A stretch of DNA of 64,000 nucleotides from an uncultured Candidatus Saccharibacteria bacterium (GTDB taxonomy: Bacteria; Patescibacteriota; Saccharimonadia; Saccharimonadales; 2-12-FULL-41-12), in assembly GCA_964648105.1 (NCBI GenBank), contig CAZYMH010000003.1, forward strand, positions 22,164 to 86,163, in the 5' to 3' direction. Below are positions 10,418 through 20,742 of this stretch, in pieces. Position 1 is the first letter of the stretch. The number at the start of each line of letters is the position of its first letter. Both the position numbers and the translations under genes were made by a program. Below the pieces are notes generated by a model that ran no database searches, had not been told where the DNA came from, and saw only the letters and a program-made list of their open reading frames with translations.

Positions 10418-11653
10418 TTAGTTACTTGAACGGAGTGACTCAATTGGGTCTTTTCGAGCTGCTTTGGTAGCAGGTATAACACCAAATACTACACCAACCA
10501 CAACCGACATCAAACCTGCCACTACTATCGGTTGCCAAGATAAAACTGGCTCTAGATTTGTAAATATTCTAATAGCTAAGTGCAGCAAAATCGATACGAT
10601 TACACCTAACAATGCCCCCCAAACCGATAAGATCAAAGCTTCAATCATAAACTGATTAGTGATTTGGCGGTTGGTTGCTCCAATCGCTTTACGAATTCCA
10701 ATTTCGCGGGTTCTTTCGGTGACCGAAACTAGCATAACATTCATAATTCCTATACCACTAACAATCAAGGTGATCGCCGCCATACCCAAGATCATACGCG
10801 ATAATGTATCGATCAATTCGCCACTTATTACACCTGCTTCATCTTGTTTAAGTACAGAAAAATCTTCTAATCCTGAGTGGTTTTGCTTGATTGATTCAGT
10901 TACTTGTTTGGCAACTGTATCAATTTTTGCAGGATTTTTGAGTTTGGCGATCACCTGAAAATACGGCATTTTAATATCTTTTAGAGGTGCAGCACCGCTT
11001 TCAGGAACATAAATAATATTATTGTAGTTTATGCCCGAGGCAAGGGGAGTGTCACGAAAAGGTGAGTATATTCCGCCAACAACGTACTGTTGATTTTTGA
11101 CAGTCAGACTTTTGCCAATTGGCACAGTTTCGTTAAATAATTTTTGGGCTACACCCGCACCAATTACAACATAACGTCCAGAGCCACTATCATCTGCGTT
11201 TGGGTAATTACCGAACTCAACTTTATGATCAATTACGTCACTTAATTTACCAGAATATGCGACAACTAATCCATCGTTAAAAACTTTTTTATCATAGGTT
11301 GGTAATGCACTTATTGTCGCAAATGATGTTACCCCCGATATTTCAGGATTTTTGCTGATTGTCTCGACATCTTGCGGCGTAACACTGGCGGAAGCGGTGC
11401 TAGCCAGTAAATTAAGACTAGTGATTTTGCCAGTAGAATCTCGGTTAACTAGCTTGCCTGGTCGGATAGTAATCGCACCATTCGCTAGTTCGGCCGACTG
11501 ATTGTTGACTTGTTTCTTTATACCTTCGCCTAAAGTTACAATCGTTACTACGCTGACCACCCCGATCACAATGCCTAAGATGGTAATCATACTTCTAAAA
11601 CGAGACTTCTTGACAGATGCCAAGCCGATTTTGATATGGTCCGAGAACATCAT
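10418..11653 (-). CDS. ABC transporter permease, MacB/FtsX type
   Basis: N-terminal TM, large periplasmic domain, C-terminal FtsX-like 3-TM bundle; 4-bp overlap with the upstream ATPase gene. Confidence 0.8.
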   Translation of the reverse strand: MMFSDHIKIGLASVKKSRFRSMITILGIVIGVVSVVTIVTLGEGIKKQVNNQSAELANGAITIRPGKLVNRDSTGKITSLNLLASTASASVTPQDVETISKNPEISGVTSFATISALPTYDKKVFNDGLVVAYSGKLSDVIDHKVEFGNYPNADDSGSGRYVVIGAGVAQKLFNETVPIGKSLTVKNQQYVVGGIYSPFRDTPLASGINYNNIIYVPESGAAPLKDIKMPYFQVIAKLKNPAKIDTVAKQVTESIKQNHSGLEDFSVLKQDEAGVISGELIDTLSRMILGMAAITLIVSGIGIMNVMLVSVTERTREIGIRKAIGATNRQITNQFMIEALILSVWGALLGVIVSILLHLAIRIFTNLEPVLSWQPIVVAGLMSVVVGVVFGVIPATKAARKDPIESLRSSN

Positions 11654-12543
11654 TTCTTTTTAGGCCTTCCGCGTTTCGGGCTAGTTTTTTTAGCTTTAGA
11701 ATTTTTACGTTTGGCATGTTTTTTGACTCGTCTGTATGGAATGTTATCGCCAGCTTTTGGTATCCCTTCGACCATAGCCGAGACAGCTTCAAGGTCAGCT
11801 TCTTCGTTGGTAATTGATTGGTACTGGACACTCTCGATGGCACTTTTGGCTACTTCACCTGGGCGATTATGCTCATCTTTGACGATACTGCCATCGATCA
11901 TATATAGAACTCTAGTAGCGTATCGAGTGAGTTCAGGATTGTGGGTGACCATCAAGATAGTATTGCCCATTTCATGGACTTCTTTGAGCAGCTCCATAAC
12001 TAACATCGACGAGCCTGTATCAAGATTGCCTGTTGGCTCGTCGGCAATCACGATGCCTGGCTCATTGATTAAGGCACGAGCGATAGCTACACGTTGAGCT
12101 TGGCCACCACTGAGTTGATTTGGCAGATAATAAGCTCGGCTCGATAAACCAACTCTCTCGAGCATACTATGAGCCATTTTTGTGCGTTTAGAGAAAATTT
12201 TGCCAGTATAGGCAAGTGGCAAAGCGACATTTTCTAGAGCAGTCAAGCCGCCTAACAAACTCGACGACTGAAACACAAAGCCGATTTTATCACGACGAAC
12301 TTTAGCCCTAGTGTTAGGCCGTAGTTTGCTGGCATTTCGACCATCTAATTTATAAGTTCCATGAGTCGGGTGATCTAGAAGGCCAATCACGTTCATCAGC
12401 GTAGTTTTACCCGAGCCACTCGGACCCATGACAGCTACAAATTCGCCTTTTTCCACACTTAAGCTAACTTCTTCGAGAGCTACAGTTGTAGCGTCACCGA
12501 ATCCGTATATTTTACTTACGTCTTCTATTTCTATGATTGCCAT
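11650..12543 (-). CDS. ABC transporter ATP-binding protein (MacB/LolD-like) with Lys/Arg-rich C-terminal tail
   Basis: Walker A GPSGSGKTT, Q-loop, ABC signature LSGGQAQR, Walker B IVIADEPT; tail KKHAKRKNSKAKKTSPKRGRPKKK. Confidence 0.85.
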   Translation of the reverse strand: MAIIEIEDVSKIYGFGDATTVALEEVSLSVEKGEFVAVMGPSGSGKTTLMNVIGLLDHPTHGTYKLDGRNASKLRPNTRAKVRRDKIGFVFQSSSLLGGLTALENVALPLAYTGKIFSKRTKMAHSMLERVGLSSRAYYLPNQLSGGQAQRVAIARALINEPGIVIADEPTGNLDTGSSMLVMELLKEVHEMGNTILMVTHNPELTRYATRVLYMIDGSIVKDEHNRPGEVAKSAIESVQYQSITNEEADLEAVSAMVEGIPKAGDNIPYRRVKKHAKRKNSKAKKTSPKRGRPKKK

Positions 12544-12681
12544 TGTTATACTTAGTTTATTATTCCTGAGAGGTGTTACGCAAGTGTATATGCTTATTAT
12601 ATGTTGCAGATTTTACAACTATATGTAAATTTTTAATTAGTTGATGATTTTAAATGAAGGTTTGTTAAACTACTTAGATAA

Positions 12682-12771
12682 GGAGAGGTGCAAGAGTGGT
12701 TGAATTGGAACGCCTGGAACGCGTTTGTGGCGGCAACGTCACCGAGGGTTCGAATCCCTCTCTCTCCGCCA
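12682..12771 (+). tRNA. tRNA-Ser (anticodon GGA)
   Basis: cloverleaf read by hand: acceptor GGAGAGG/TCTCTCC, anticodon stem AACGC/GCGTT with loop CTGGAAC, long variable arm, T-loop TTCGAAT, encoded CCA. Confidence 0.85.
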
Positions 12772-12781
12772 AACTAAGAAT

Positions 12782-12803
12782 CCACCCCTTTGGGTGGGTT
12801 TTT
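12782..12803 (+). terminator. intrinsic terminator after tRNA-Ser
   Basis: CCACCC-CTTTT-GGGTGG hairpin followed by TTTTT. Confidence 0.5.
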
Positions 12804-12852
12804 AGTTTTGGTGGAAAGGTTTTTAGCATGGTTTACAGGTTAATGTTCAAAA

Positions 12853-13569
12853 TTACTTGATCAGTAACTTCGCTCGATTAGGCAATTCTTTGATTAACTT
12901 GTCTAAACCGTCAATATTCTCTTGAGTAACTAACAATCTCGGTGCCAAAAATTGCCCATAGTCAAATGCAGAATCACAGCTGTAAAGGCGTCGATAACTA
13001 GTGTTAACAGCTTGATCTACAACATCTTTATTATAAAGTCCATAAGGCAAAACAAATGATAAATCCTGAAGCCCAGTAATTGCTCGTATGACATTTCCTG
13101 ATTCTATAAACTGAAACTTAATTTCTTGAACAGATAATACACTTTCCTTGCCATAAGACATATTATGGTAATCGCCATTTTTGGGTGATGGCTGCAAAGT
13201 ATCTTCTAAAAAAATTGCTAATGCTGCATGCGAGACTCCGTGCGAGCATATATTAAAACCTTGTTTTGAGAGTAAAATAATATCTTCTTTTGCTAGTTTA
13301 TTGGACCTACCTATGTGGTCAGTAATAATCGCCATGTAGATGTTATTGCTGCTAACTCCAAGGTTAATATTGTGCAGAACATCAAGCACAGACTTATAGC
13401 CATCGTCAAAAAATATGCGGTAAGAGTCAATGATTCCTTGTGAGCGTAATTTTTTCAATAATTTAATAATCTCTTCGACCTGCTGAAATGTCGTGTCATA
13501 AACTGTTTTCACATCCGACTTATTTGGAACAACGTCATGTAAGCATAAATTTAATATTTTAGCGTGCAT
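12853..13569 (-). CDS. polysaccharide deacetylase-like protein (CE4/NodB-like)
   Basis: LHDV ... FFDDGY motif resembling the CE4 TFDDG Asp-Asp motif; conserved His later (ICSHGVSH). Confidence 0.45.
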   Translation of the reverse strand: MHAKILNLCLHDVVPNKSDVKTVYDTTFQQVEEIIKLLKKLRSQGIIDSYRIFFDDGYKSVLDVLHNINLGVSSNNIYMAIITDHIGRSNKLAKEDIILLSKQGFNICSHGVSHAALAIFLEDTLQPSPKNGDYHNMSYGKESVLSVQEIKFQFIESGNVIRAITGLQDLSFVLPYGLYNKDVVDQAVNTSYRRLYSCDSAFDYGQFLAPRLLVTQENIDGLDKLIKELPNRAKLLIK

Positions 13570-14197
13570 TAATGAACCTCTCGAGTTCTCTTTGTAGAGT
13601 AACGGGCTTATCTATTAGGACGCGTTCAAATCCGAGCTTTTTGTATTTACCACTCTTATCTGGAGAGTCATCTAAAAGTACAGCATCTCCATAATTCCAT
13701 CCTTTCTTTTTTAGGTAATCATCAAAAAACATTATCTTATCAGTCGGTAGTTCGTCGTCTTTTAGATGTCCTATTTCATATGAATTCAATATGTCATCGA
13801 ATAGTTCATCAAGCTTCATGGATGGAATGGTATATTGAGAAAATGTATCCATGTTATCTGTTGCTATTACTACTTGAATATCTTGCTTCTGGATTGTTTT
13901 AACAATTTCCTCTAAATTATTAATGCTATATTGCATAATTTCGCAACTATGTCGCAGTTCATGGATTATTATTTTGCTGTCAACACCTGTATCGCTACTC
14001 ATTATTCTAGCAATTTCAGCTACCGATAGCTGGCCTCTCATCCAATGATTAAGGTAATCCCGATTATCTACAAAAAGCCATTTTTCGATAGATGATAAGT
14101 GCATGTGATTTGGATGTGAGCTATCTTTTAAATGCTCCCAAAAAAGACTATTTGAAAGTGTTTTATTCCAATCGATGAAAATTACTTTTTTAGTCAT
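13559..14197 (-). CDS. HAD-like hydrolase family protein (tentative)
   Basis: N-terminal IFIDWNKTL resembles HAD motif I (DxDGTL) with the second Asp replaced by Asn; VVIATDN resembles motif II. Confidence 0.3.
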   Translation of the reverse strand: MTKKVIFIDWNKTLSNSLFWEHLKDSSHPNHMHLSSIEKWLFVDNRDYLNHWMRGQLSVAEIARIMSSDTGVDSKIIIHELRHSCEIMQYSINNLEEIVKTIQKQDIQVVIATDNMDTFSQYTIPSMKLDELFDDILNSYEIGHLKDDELPTDKIMFFDDYLKKKGWNYGDAVLLDDSPDKSGKYKKLGFERVLIDKPVTLQRELERFINAR

Positions 14198-15141
14198 ATT
14201 TCTTCCTCTAAAAAGGTATTAAAATAATAATCATGTTTTCGCTTAAATATTTGATCTTTTTCGAGTTGAGGTATATTTACTACGCTGTCTTCAATATGTA
14301 TCCCACCTCCGATAAGGCAGGGGATGACAACATTTCCTCGTTCGGCAATCATTTTGGTAACTGCTGAGGTTTCGGTAAAGCCATAGCCTTTAAAACGTGA
14401 GTCAAACATTCCTACAGCATCAATTTCATCTTTGATAAGCGAAAAAACACCTCCAAGTACCATATTTGGCAACATCCATGCTTTATATTGACCACTCCAT
14501 GATCTGAAATTATTGGTTTCATCAACTAATCTTATGTGTTGACCAATATACAGTTTATCATCATCACATCCTATCCACTTTGCATCGTACACACAGTCTA
14601 CCCTAAAATCGTTGATACTAATGTTTTGGCTTGTTAAACGATTTTGTTTAAGCTTGGTCGATTTTGCATCAGAAAATTCAAAAAATCCTACACAAATCGC
14701 TTTTCTTGCTTGCCTGATTGCCTCAATATGTAATTTGACATGATTAACAATTAAATCTTCTTCAACTAATACATCACTATCTAGAAAAAAAATTATTTCG
14801 CCGTTTGCCGCTGATAATCCAGAATTTCTGGCCTCGGTACGTCCTAGATTTTTCTTATGTACAATTATACGAATTTCTTTCTGATTATTTATATAATTAA
14901 TCATCGGCTTCCGAGTCGAACCATCATCAACAACGATGATTTCGCAACTACTTGGGTACTTGCTGATAGCCCGTTTTAGGAAATATAGACATCGACCAAA
15001 ATTTTCGCCCGTTTCATAATAAGGTATAACTATCGATACTGACGGCAGTTTAATCATATTAATAGGTCGAGATAGTACATCATTTACATCAAAACCATAG
15101 TCATTTACGTGCCTTTCTAATAGTTCTCGTCGGGAGGTCAT
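14194..15141 (-). CDS. family 2 glycosyltransferase
   Basis: SIVIPYY ... IIVVDDGS ... DSD GT-A fold motifs. Confidence 0.75.
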   Translation of the reverse strand: MTSRRELLERHVNDYGFDVNDVLSRPINMIKLPSVSIVIPYYETGENFGRCLYFLKRAISKYPSSCEIIVVDDGSTRKPMINYINNQKEIRIIVHKKNLGRTEARNSGLSAANGEIIFFLDSDVLVEEDLIVNHVKLHIEAIRQARKAICVGFFEFSDAKSTKLKQNRLTSQNISINDFRVDCVYDAKWIGCDDDKLYIGQHIRLVDETNNFRSWSGQYKAWMLPNMVLGGVFSLIKDEIDAVGMFDSRFKGYGFTETSAVTKMIAERGNVVIPCLIGGGIHIEDSVVNIPQLEKDQIFKRKHDYYFNTFLEEEI

Positions 15142-15149
15142 ACAATCAA

Positions 15150-15764
15150 TTATAGCCGTTCGGCAAATTTTATTAGTTCTTTGGCAAGCGTTTGGGGAAG
15201 CTTTTTATCAACCTCTAACATCGCACAAACACCATCACCAAGTAATGAAGCTGCATGTTCAACAGATTTTCTAGCAATATGCAGTTGTGTTGCAAACAAT
15301 GTCAGTTCGCCTACTGCCGTTAGCCCGCGTTTTTTAACCCTATTATCAAACTCGTCATTATCATTTATCCTTAATACCGCTATACCATCTGGCGAAGTTA
15401 TCTGTCCAGTCTCAGATAGTTGAATGATTCTTCTTGTAGCATAGTCACGAACTTCAGTGTGTACTTTTTCACTATCACTTGCATGAGCATGGAGTATTTT
15501 CATTTCTTCAAAAGTAATTAGCGAGACTACGGTCCTATCCTCGAAATTAATCTTATGAGGTTCAATCAGTTCACAACGTTGCCTCTCGCGATCAAGAAGC
15601 TCGTCAATGACAGACTTCAATCCTTTAACACTACCATCAGACTCTGGAAATGGCCCAAAAGTATCATATTCAGGAATCACCTTAAAACCCATCTCAAATA
15701 ATTGATTAGCGACTGTAGTTTTACCGACATAACTAGATCCTTCTATACCGATGAGTTTGCTCAT
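15150..15764 (-). CDS. P-loop nucleoside/nucleotide kinase-like protein
   Basis: Walker A IGIEGSSYVGKTT at the N-terminus, ~200 aa, dNK/thymidylate-kinase-like size. Confidence 0.45.
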   Translation of the reverse strand: MSKLIGIEGSSYVGKTTVANQLFEMGFKVIPEYDTFGPFPESDGSVKGLKSVIDELLDRERQRCELIEPHKINFEDRTVVSLITFEEMKILHAHASDSEKVHTEVRDYATRRIIQLSETGQITSPDGIAVLRINDNDEFDNRVKKRGLTAVGELTLFATQLHIARKSVEHAASLLGDGVCAMLEVDKKLPQTLAKELIKFAERL

Positions 15765-17101
15765 GTCGATTTAGTCTTTCGTTTTAAGGGTTTTGTGCCG
15801 CCAATACCAGCAACTATCCAACGATATATTGATACTACAGGGCCAACTGAGTGAGTCAGTACATAAGGTATACCAACAATTACTGAGATATATGAGTTGC
15901 TACCGCCATTTACTAAGGCTGATCTTTTGTATGTGACGAGCAGGGCTGGAATAATCCAATACAACGACAGGGCAACAATCCATAATAAGATATACTCTAG
16001 ACCCGCCAATATACTAGATACTAAACTACCCACCAAAACAAAGCTATGCATGAGCCATACTAGCAAACCACTATATGCTTGGATTGTGAGCCATAATACC
16101 TCAAATTTTGAAATGTATTTTCCTTGACGTACGAGACGTTCACTATAGTTTGCAAATTCGAAGAAAGGGTTAAACCAAGTAGATTTTTGTAGATAAACAT
16201 TGGCTATACGGTTAGGAGTTGAGGCAAGCTCCAAAGAGGGTATTGGAAATATTGATTCGCGTAAAGCACAAGCCTGCAACCCATAAGGTAGGTCTTCGTT
16301 CAATATATCTACAGATAATGGATGCGTAATATAGAAATTGCCAAGTACAAATAAACCATGTCCAATGCAATGGGCAATACGACTAAATCGTAGAGTGTCA
16401 GCAAAGTTATATCCTTGAAGTTTTTGTACTAAAGTCGATTGCTTTCGCAATTTTGGTATCTCATGTACAAGTGTCCATAATGTTTGATGTAATCCTGCAC
16501 CCTCGGCAAGCTTGCTGCTGCCCCGATATTGATAAAGTGCTGACTGCTGTAATATTGTCGGCCACTTACTATCAACACTTAGTTTTTTTGATGTAATCGA
16601 GTTTACCACTTTGAACAGATCGGAATTGACATGCGAATCAGCGTTATATATAACAAAATAAACCCCATTCTTCTTCAATTTATTTTGCAAACTTTCGGCA
16701 ACAAAGTTAACTTGATGAGCCATATAGCCATCTCTGCCAGGATAATGTAAACTATGGACTCTTTTACGGTCAGCCTTAGATAGGGATGCGATATAATCAT
16801 GTATAACTTCTTGGGTTGTCTGTTTACCTGGTGAGGATTTTTCTTTTGCCGATGTAACAATATAAATTGATATTAAGCTTGCTGGATATGACTGACAAAG
16901 GAACGTTTGGATAGTTTCAACGATAGTATTTTGTTCGTAGAGAGCAGGAATACATACTATAAATTCAGCTTTACTTGGAGAGGAGTTGGTATCTTGTCGA
17001 CTAAGCCATTTTAGACTGTCGATTAAATTATAAAGATTCATAACTGATCGAGTTATGATTACTGAACATAAAATTACTGACAAAATTACCCAGATATTCA
17101 T
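15761..17101 (-). CDS. membrane-anchored GT2-like glycosyltransferase
   Basis: N-terminal TM, FIVCIPALYEQNTI GT-A start, several C-terminal TM helices. Confidence 0.5.
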   Translation of the reverse strand: MNIWVILSVILCSVIITRSVMNLYNLIDSLKWLSRQDTNSSPSKAEFIVCIPALYEQNTIVETIQTFLCQSYPASLISIYIVTSAKEKSSPGKQTTQEVIHDYIASLSKADRKRVHSLHYPGRDGYMAHQVNFVAESLQNKLKKNGVYFVIYNADSHVNSDLFKVVNSITSKKLSVDSKWPTILQQSALYQYRGSSKLAEGAGLHQTLWTLVHEIPKLRKQSTLVQKLQGYNFADTLRFSRIAHCIGHGLFVLGNFYITHPLSVDILNEDLPYGLQACALRESIFPIPSLELASTPNRIANVYLQKSTWFNPFFEFANYSERLVRQGKYISKFEVLWLTIQAYSGLLVWLMHSFVLVGSLVSSILAGLEYILLWIVALSLYWIIPALLVTYKRSALVNGGSNSYISVIVGIPYVLTHSVGPVVSIYRWIVAGIGGTKPLKRKTKST

Positions 17102-17435
17102 AGAATTATACTTATTTTAATCGCGTGTAAATAGGCCGCTGACATAAGTGATACTAAGGTAGTAATGCCAAAAAGCGATTCGTTAGAATTGTCACTGTTA
17201 ACCGAAAATACAAAAAGTCTCGACTGTTTAGCCAATCGTGACCTAATATGTTTGAATTCTAAATTATTAAGGCAACTCATAGTATCTATACTATACCATC
17301 TTATATGCTTTAAATCAATGACATACACCTGTCAATAGCCTTAAATAATAAATAAGTTATGATTATTTAAATCATTTATTGTAACGGTGCAGTATGCTAA
17401 TAGACTTAATATAAACTGACAGTGGTGTGTCAAAA

Positions 17436-18143
17436 TTAACTAATTGTGGTGCCGATGTCTTGGCGGTTACAAACTTTTAAGATGGCGTCTTCGTCCATTG
17501 GGTTAAAGACAATGACTTTCATGCCTTGTTCCATGGCCAGGCCAATCGCCGCTTTATCCATAACTTTAATATTCTCATCTTCGACGGCACGCTGAAAGCT
17601 AAGTTCATTAAACCTTTTTGCATCGGTGTGTTTATTAGGGTCTTTATCGTATACACCATCGACTTTAGTGGCTTTAAGAACAATCTGGCAATCCATCTGT
17701 AGGGCCAATGATACAGCGGCTGTATCGGTAGTTAAATATGGCTGGCCAGTTCCACCACCAACTACCACGACTCGGCCGTTTTCGAGGTGTTTATTGGCAA
17801 GCCTAAACACAAACGGTTCGGCTACTTGTTCGGCAAAAATGCTCGTTAAACACCTTGTACGCACATCATTTGCCTCAAAGATATCGGTTAGAGCAAGAGC
17901 ATTGATCATGGTCGCAAGCATGCCCATATGATCTCCTGTGACACGCTTAATACCGTGTCCTGCAATCTGGGCTCCTCGAACAAAATTACCACCACCAACC
18001 ATAATCACTACTTGAGTGCCAGACTCGGCGACTTTTTTGACTTCTTTGGCAAACCAAGCTGCTAGTTCGGCATCGATACCATTTTCATATTTTCCAGCGA
18101 GTTGTTCGCCAGAAAGCTTCAATAAAATTCGTTTGTACTTCAT
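17436..18143 (-). CDS. pyrH: UMP kinase
   Basis: RILLKLSGE ... MVGGGNFVRG ... amino-acid kinase fold; 235 aa. Confidence 0.9.
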   Translation of the reverse strand: MKYKRILLKLSGEQLAGKYENGIDAELAAWFAKEVKKVAESGTQVVIMVGGGNFVRGAQIAGHGIKRVTGDHMGMLATMINALALTDIFEANDVRTRCLTSIFAEQVAEPFVFRLANKHLENGRVVVVGGGTGQPYLTTDTAAVSLALQMDCQIVLKATKVDGVYDKDPNKHTDAKRFNELSFQRAVEDENIKVMDKAAIGLAMEQGMKVIVFNPMDEDAILKVCNRQDIGTTIS

Positions 18144-18193
18144 CTGAAATATTATTATAGCAGTCTGACGAGCGATATTATAAAATTAATATT

Positions 18194-18985
18194 ATGAAGA
18201 TTTATTCGTGGAATGTTAATGGGATTAGAGCGGTCTGGACCAAAGGCGAATTCCAGAAATTTATTAAGGCCCATAACCCAGATATTTTGTGCCTACAAGA
18301 GACCAAAGCCATGCAAGGTGACTCGCCAGTCGACATAGTCGGTTACGAAGAATATTGGAATTCGGCCCAAAAGAAAGGCTACTCTGGCACGGCAATTTTT
18401 ACCAAAATTAAACCCAATGCGATTATCAACGATATACCTGATGAAATAGCTAGCAAATATTCTCTCGATGATAAATACGGCAAAACCAACCAAGAAGGCA
18501 GAGTGCTTGCCGCCGAATTCGATGATTATTATTTGGTAACTGTTTATACCCCCAATTCGAAGGGTGATTTGAGTCGACTGAAACTAAGAGAACAGGCCTG
18601 GGATAAAGCTTTTTTGGAATATGTTGATATGTTACAAGCAACTAAGCCAGTGATTTTTTGTGGCGATTTAAATGTTGCTCACACCGAAGATGACTTAGCA
18701 AGACCCAAAGATAATGTTGGCAAGCATGGCTTTACCGATGAAGAAAGACAAGGCTTTGAGCGAATTTTGAACAAAGGATTTATCGATACTTTTCGGATGT
18801 TTGTAACTGGTAATGGACACTACAGCTGGTGGACTCATTGGGCCAATGCTCGGGCCCGAAATGTTGGCTGGCGGATAGATTATTTTTTGGTTAGTAAAAC
18901 TCTGAAAACTCGCGTAAAGAGTGCCAAAATACATATGAACCAAATGGGGTCAGATCATTGCCCGATTAGTATCGAAATAACTTAA
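18194..18985 (+). CDS. xth: exodeoxyribonuclease III (AP endonuclease)
   Basis: MKIYSWNVNGIRA ... LCLQETK ... GDLNVAH ... SDHCP motifs. Confidence 0.9.
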   Translation: MKIYSWNVNGIRAVWTKGEFQKFIKAHNPDILCLQETKAMQGDSPVDIVGYEEYWNSAQKKGYSGTAIFTKIKPNAIINDIPDEIASKYSLDDKYGKTNQEGRVLAAEFDDYYLVTVYTPNSKGDLSRLKLREQAWDKAFLEYVDMLQATKPVIFCGDLNVAHTEDDLARPKDNVGKHGFTDEERQGFERILNKGFIDTFRMFVTGNGHYSWWTHWANARARNVGWRIDYFLVSKTLKTRVKSAKIHMNQMGSDHCPISIEIT

Positions 18986-19037
18986 AATTTATAAAATATG
19001 ATCTTATGACTTGACGTTTATGGTATAATATTAGAAT

Positions 19038-19937
19038 ATGATAACTCAAAAAACCGCCCCTGAAGTCTGTTTGTCTCGCCCTAATGAAGCAACCTACACA
19101 ACTAATCCTCATAAAATCGCTGCTATTAATGAGGTTATTTTAGGCATACACAATAATACTCACCGAGGACCAGTAAAATTATTCGAAATTTGTGGCGAAT
19201 CAGATTTTAGAGAAATCCAAAAAGTATCAAACGAAACTCCAGGAATCGATGTTGTAGGTATTTGGGACGAAAATAACATGCAAGGTAGCACCAATCAGCC
19301 GACTAACCAACTACCACAATCAACTGGGCAACCATATGCAACTTCAAAATTAATATCTCAAGAAGTTACGGGTGATGAATACTATACTGAAAGCGATTTT
19401 ATATTGGTTAATTTAGGTAAGCGTGGTCTCGAAAATTATTCGACAGATACTAATCCTTCTAAATTCCATTCACTGAAAAACCCTTATGCCATTAGACTGG
19501 GCAGACCGGCCACTAATGAAGCCATAGGCGATCATCTATCTCAAATACATGATATACATCAACAAACTAGAGCGGGTATGGTGATTGTTCCTTATGCAGC
19601 CACCCAAAGTGTAGGCGAAACTGAAGAAATTTTAGAGACTGTCAAAGACAGTAAATTACCACTATTAGTTATGGCTGAAGTCTCATATCCTGGGTTAGCT
19701 AAGTTCTCAGAATTTTTGAATGGGGCGGCAGAAATCACTCCAGCAACCATTACCAAATACCTAAGTTCATACGCTAAAATAGTTGGGCAAACAGGATTAA
19801 AACTATCTGGTATAAGATTAACTGGCGTATGTGGCTTTAGTGCCAGCGATAAACGACGAACTCGACCGCAAGATATGGCTAATGGCACTTTGCACGATGT
19901 TCTCATAAATTTTAATCACCTCTATAACCACCAATAA
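19038..19937 (+). CDS. hypothetical protein
   Basis: 299-aa ORF with an extended -10 promoter (TGGTATAAT) upstream; no motif assigned. Confidence 0.4.
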   Translation: MITQKTAPEVCLSRPNEATYTTNPHKIAAINEVILGIHNNTHRGPVKLFEICGESDFREIQKVSNETPGIDVVGIWDENNMQGSTNQPTNQLPQSTGQPYATSKLISQEVTGDEYYTESDFILVNLGKRGLENYSTDTNPSKFHSLKNPYAIRLGRPATNEAIGDHLSQIHDIHQQTRAGMVIVPYAATQSVGETEEILETVKDSKLPLLVMAEVSYPGLAKFSEFLNGAAEITPATITKYLSSYAKIVGQTGLKLSGIRLTGVCGFSASDKRRTRPQDMANGTLHDVLINFNHLYNHQ

Positions 19938-19964
19938 GCCTCGGCAAGTTGATATAATAAATCT

Positions 19965-20723
19965 ATGACAGATTTTAAGTGGCAGGTCCAAAAAAACGAA
20001 CCGCTATTTCCTGATATTTTATGGTCTCGGCCAGAGAATAAAAATGGAGCAGGCAAGATGTTGCTAGTCGGTGGATCATTAGATAATTTTGCCAATATTG
20101 CCCAAAATTACTCGCTCGCAGAACAAGCAGGAGTTGGTACCTGTTTTTTGCTCGTACCTCAGTCTTTGTATAAAGTAACAAAAAATATACCGTTTATTAA
20201 CTATGCTCCCGCCAATCGAAGTGGTAGTTTTGCCAGTAATGCACTCGCAGATATTCTCGAGCTTGCACGAGGTGTAGATGCAGTGTTTTTAGGAGGGGAT
20301 ATCGGCAAAAATAGCGAAACCAGCTTAATGCTCGAAAAATTTTTGATGAAATATACTTCATTTGTTGCGATTAGCCAAGACAGTCTACTTAGCATAAATA
20401 AGAGTTGGCGGAATTTATTAGCCCGAAATAACACTATAGTCGAAATCAACCTGCATAACTTACAAACTATCGCAATTGAATTGCAATTTGAAAAAGCCAT
20501 ACTTTCCGACTCACCGAATTCTTTAATCGCCAAAACATTACATAAAATCACATCTGATTATGAATCTATACTAGCCTTGCAGACCGACACAAATATCTGG
20601 TTCGCAAAAAGTGGACAAGTGATTGCTTGCAGCAAAAACAACTACAACTACGCCAAAGCAATTGTCTGGCTTATCCAACAACCCAACAAAGTGCTTGAAA
20701 GCCTCGCCTCATCTGTTATTTGA
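19965..20723 (+). CDS. YjeF-C-like (NAD(P)H-hydrate dehydratase family) protein, tentative
   Basis: GKMLLVGGSLDNFANIAQNYSLAEQAGVGTCFLLVP and VDAVFLGGDIG resemble the ribokinase-like YjeF C-terminal signature. Confidence 0.35.
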   Translation: MTDFKWQVQKNEPLFPDILWSRPENKNGAGKMLLVGGSLDNFANIAQNYSLAEQAGVGTCFLLVPQSLYKVTKNIPFINYAPANRSGSFASNALADILELARGVDAVFLGGDIGKNSETSLMLEKFLMKYTSFVAISQDSLLSINKSWRNLLARNNTIVEINLHNLQTIAIELQFEKAILSDSPNSLIAKTLHKITSDYESILALQTDTNIWFAKSGQVIACSKNNYNYAKAIVWLIQQPNKVLESLASSVI

Positions 20724-20742
20724 ATCTTAAAAAAATAATATT

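Noticed and set aside
17098-17328. 76-aa ORF upstream of the membrane GT2 gene
   Set aside because: It lies in the promoter region with no RBS and a low-complexity product; probably non-coding.
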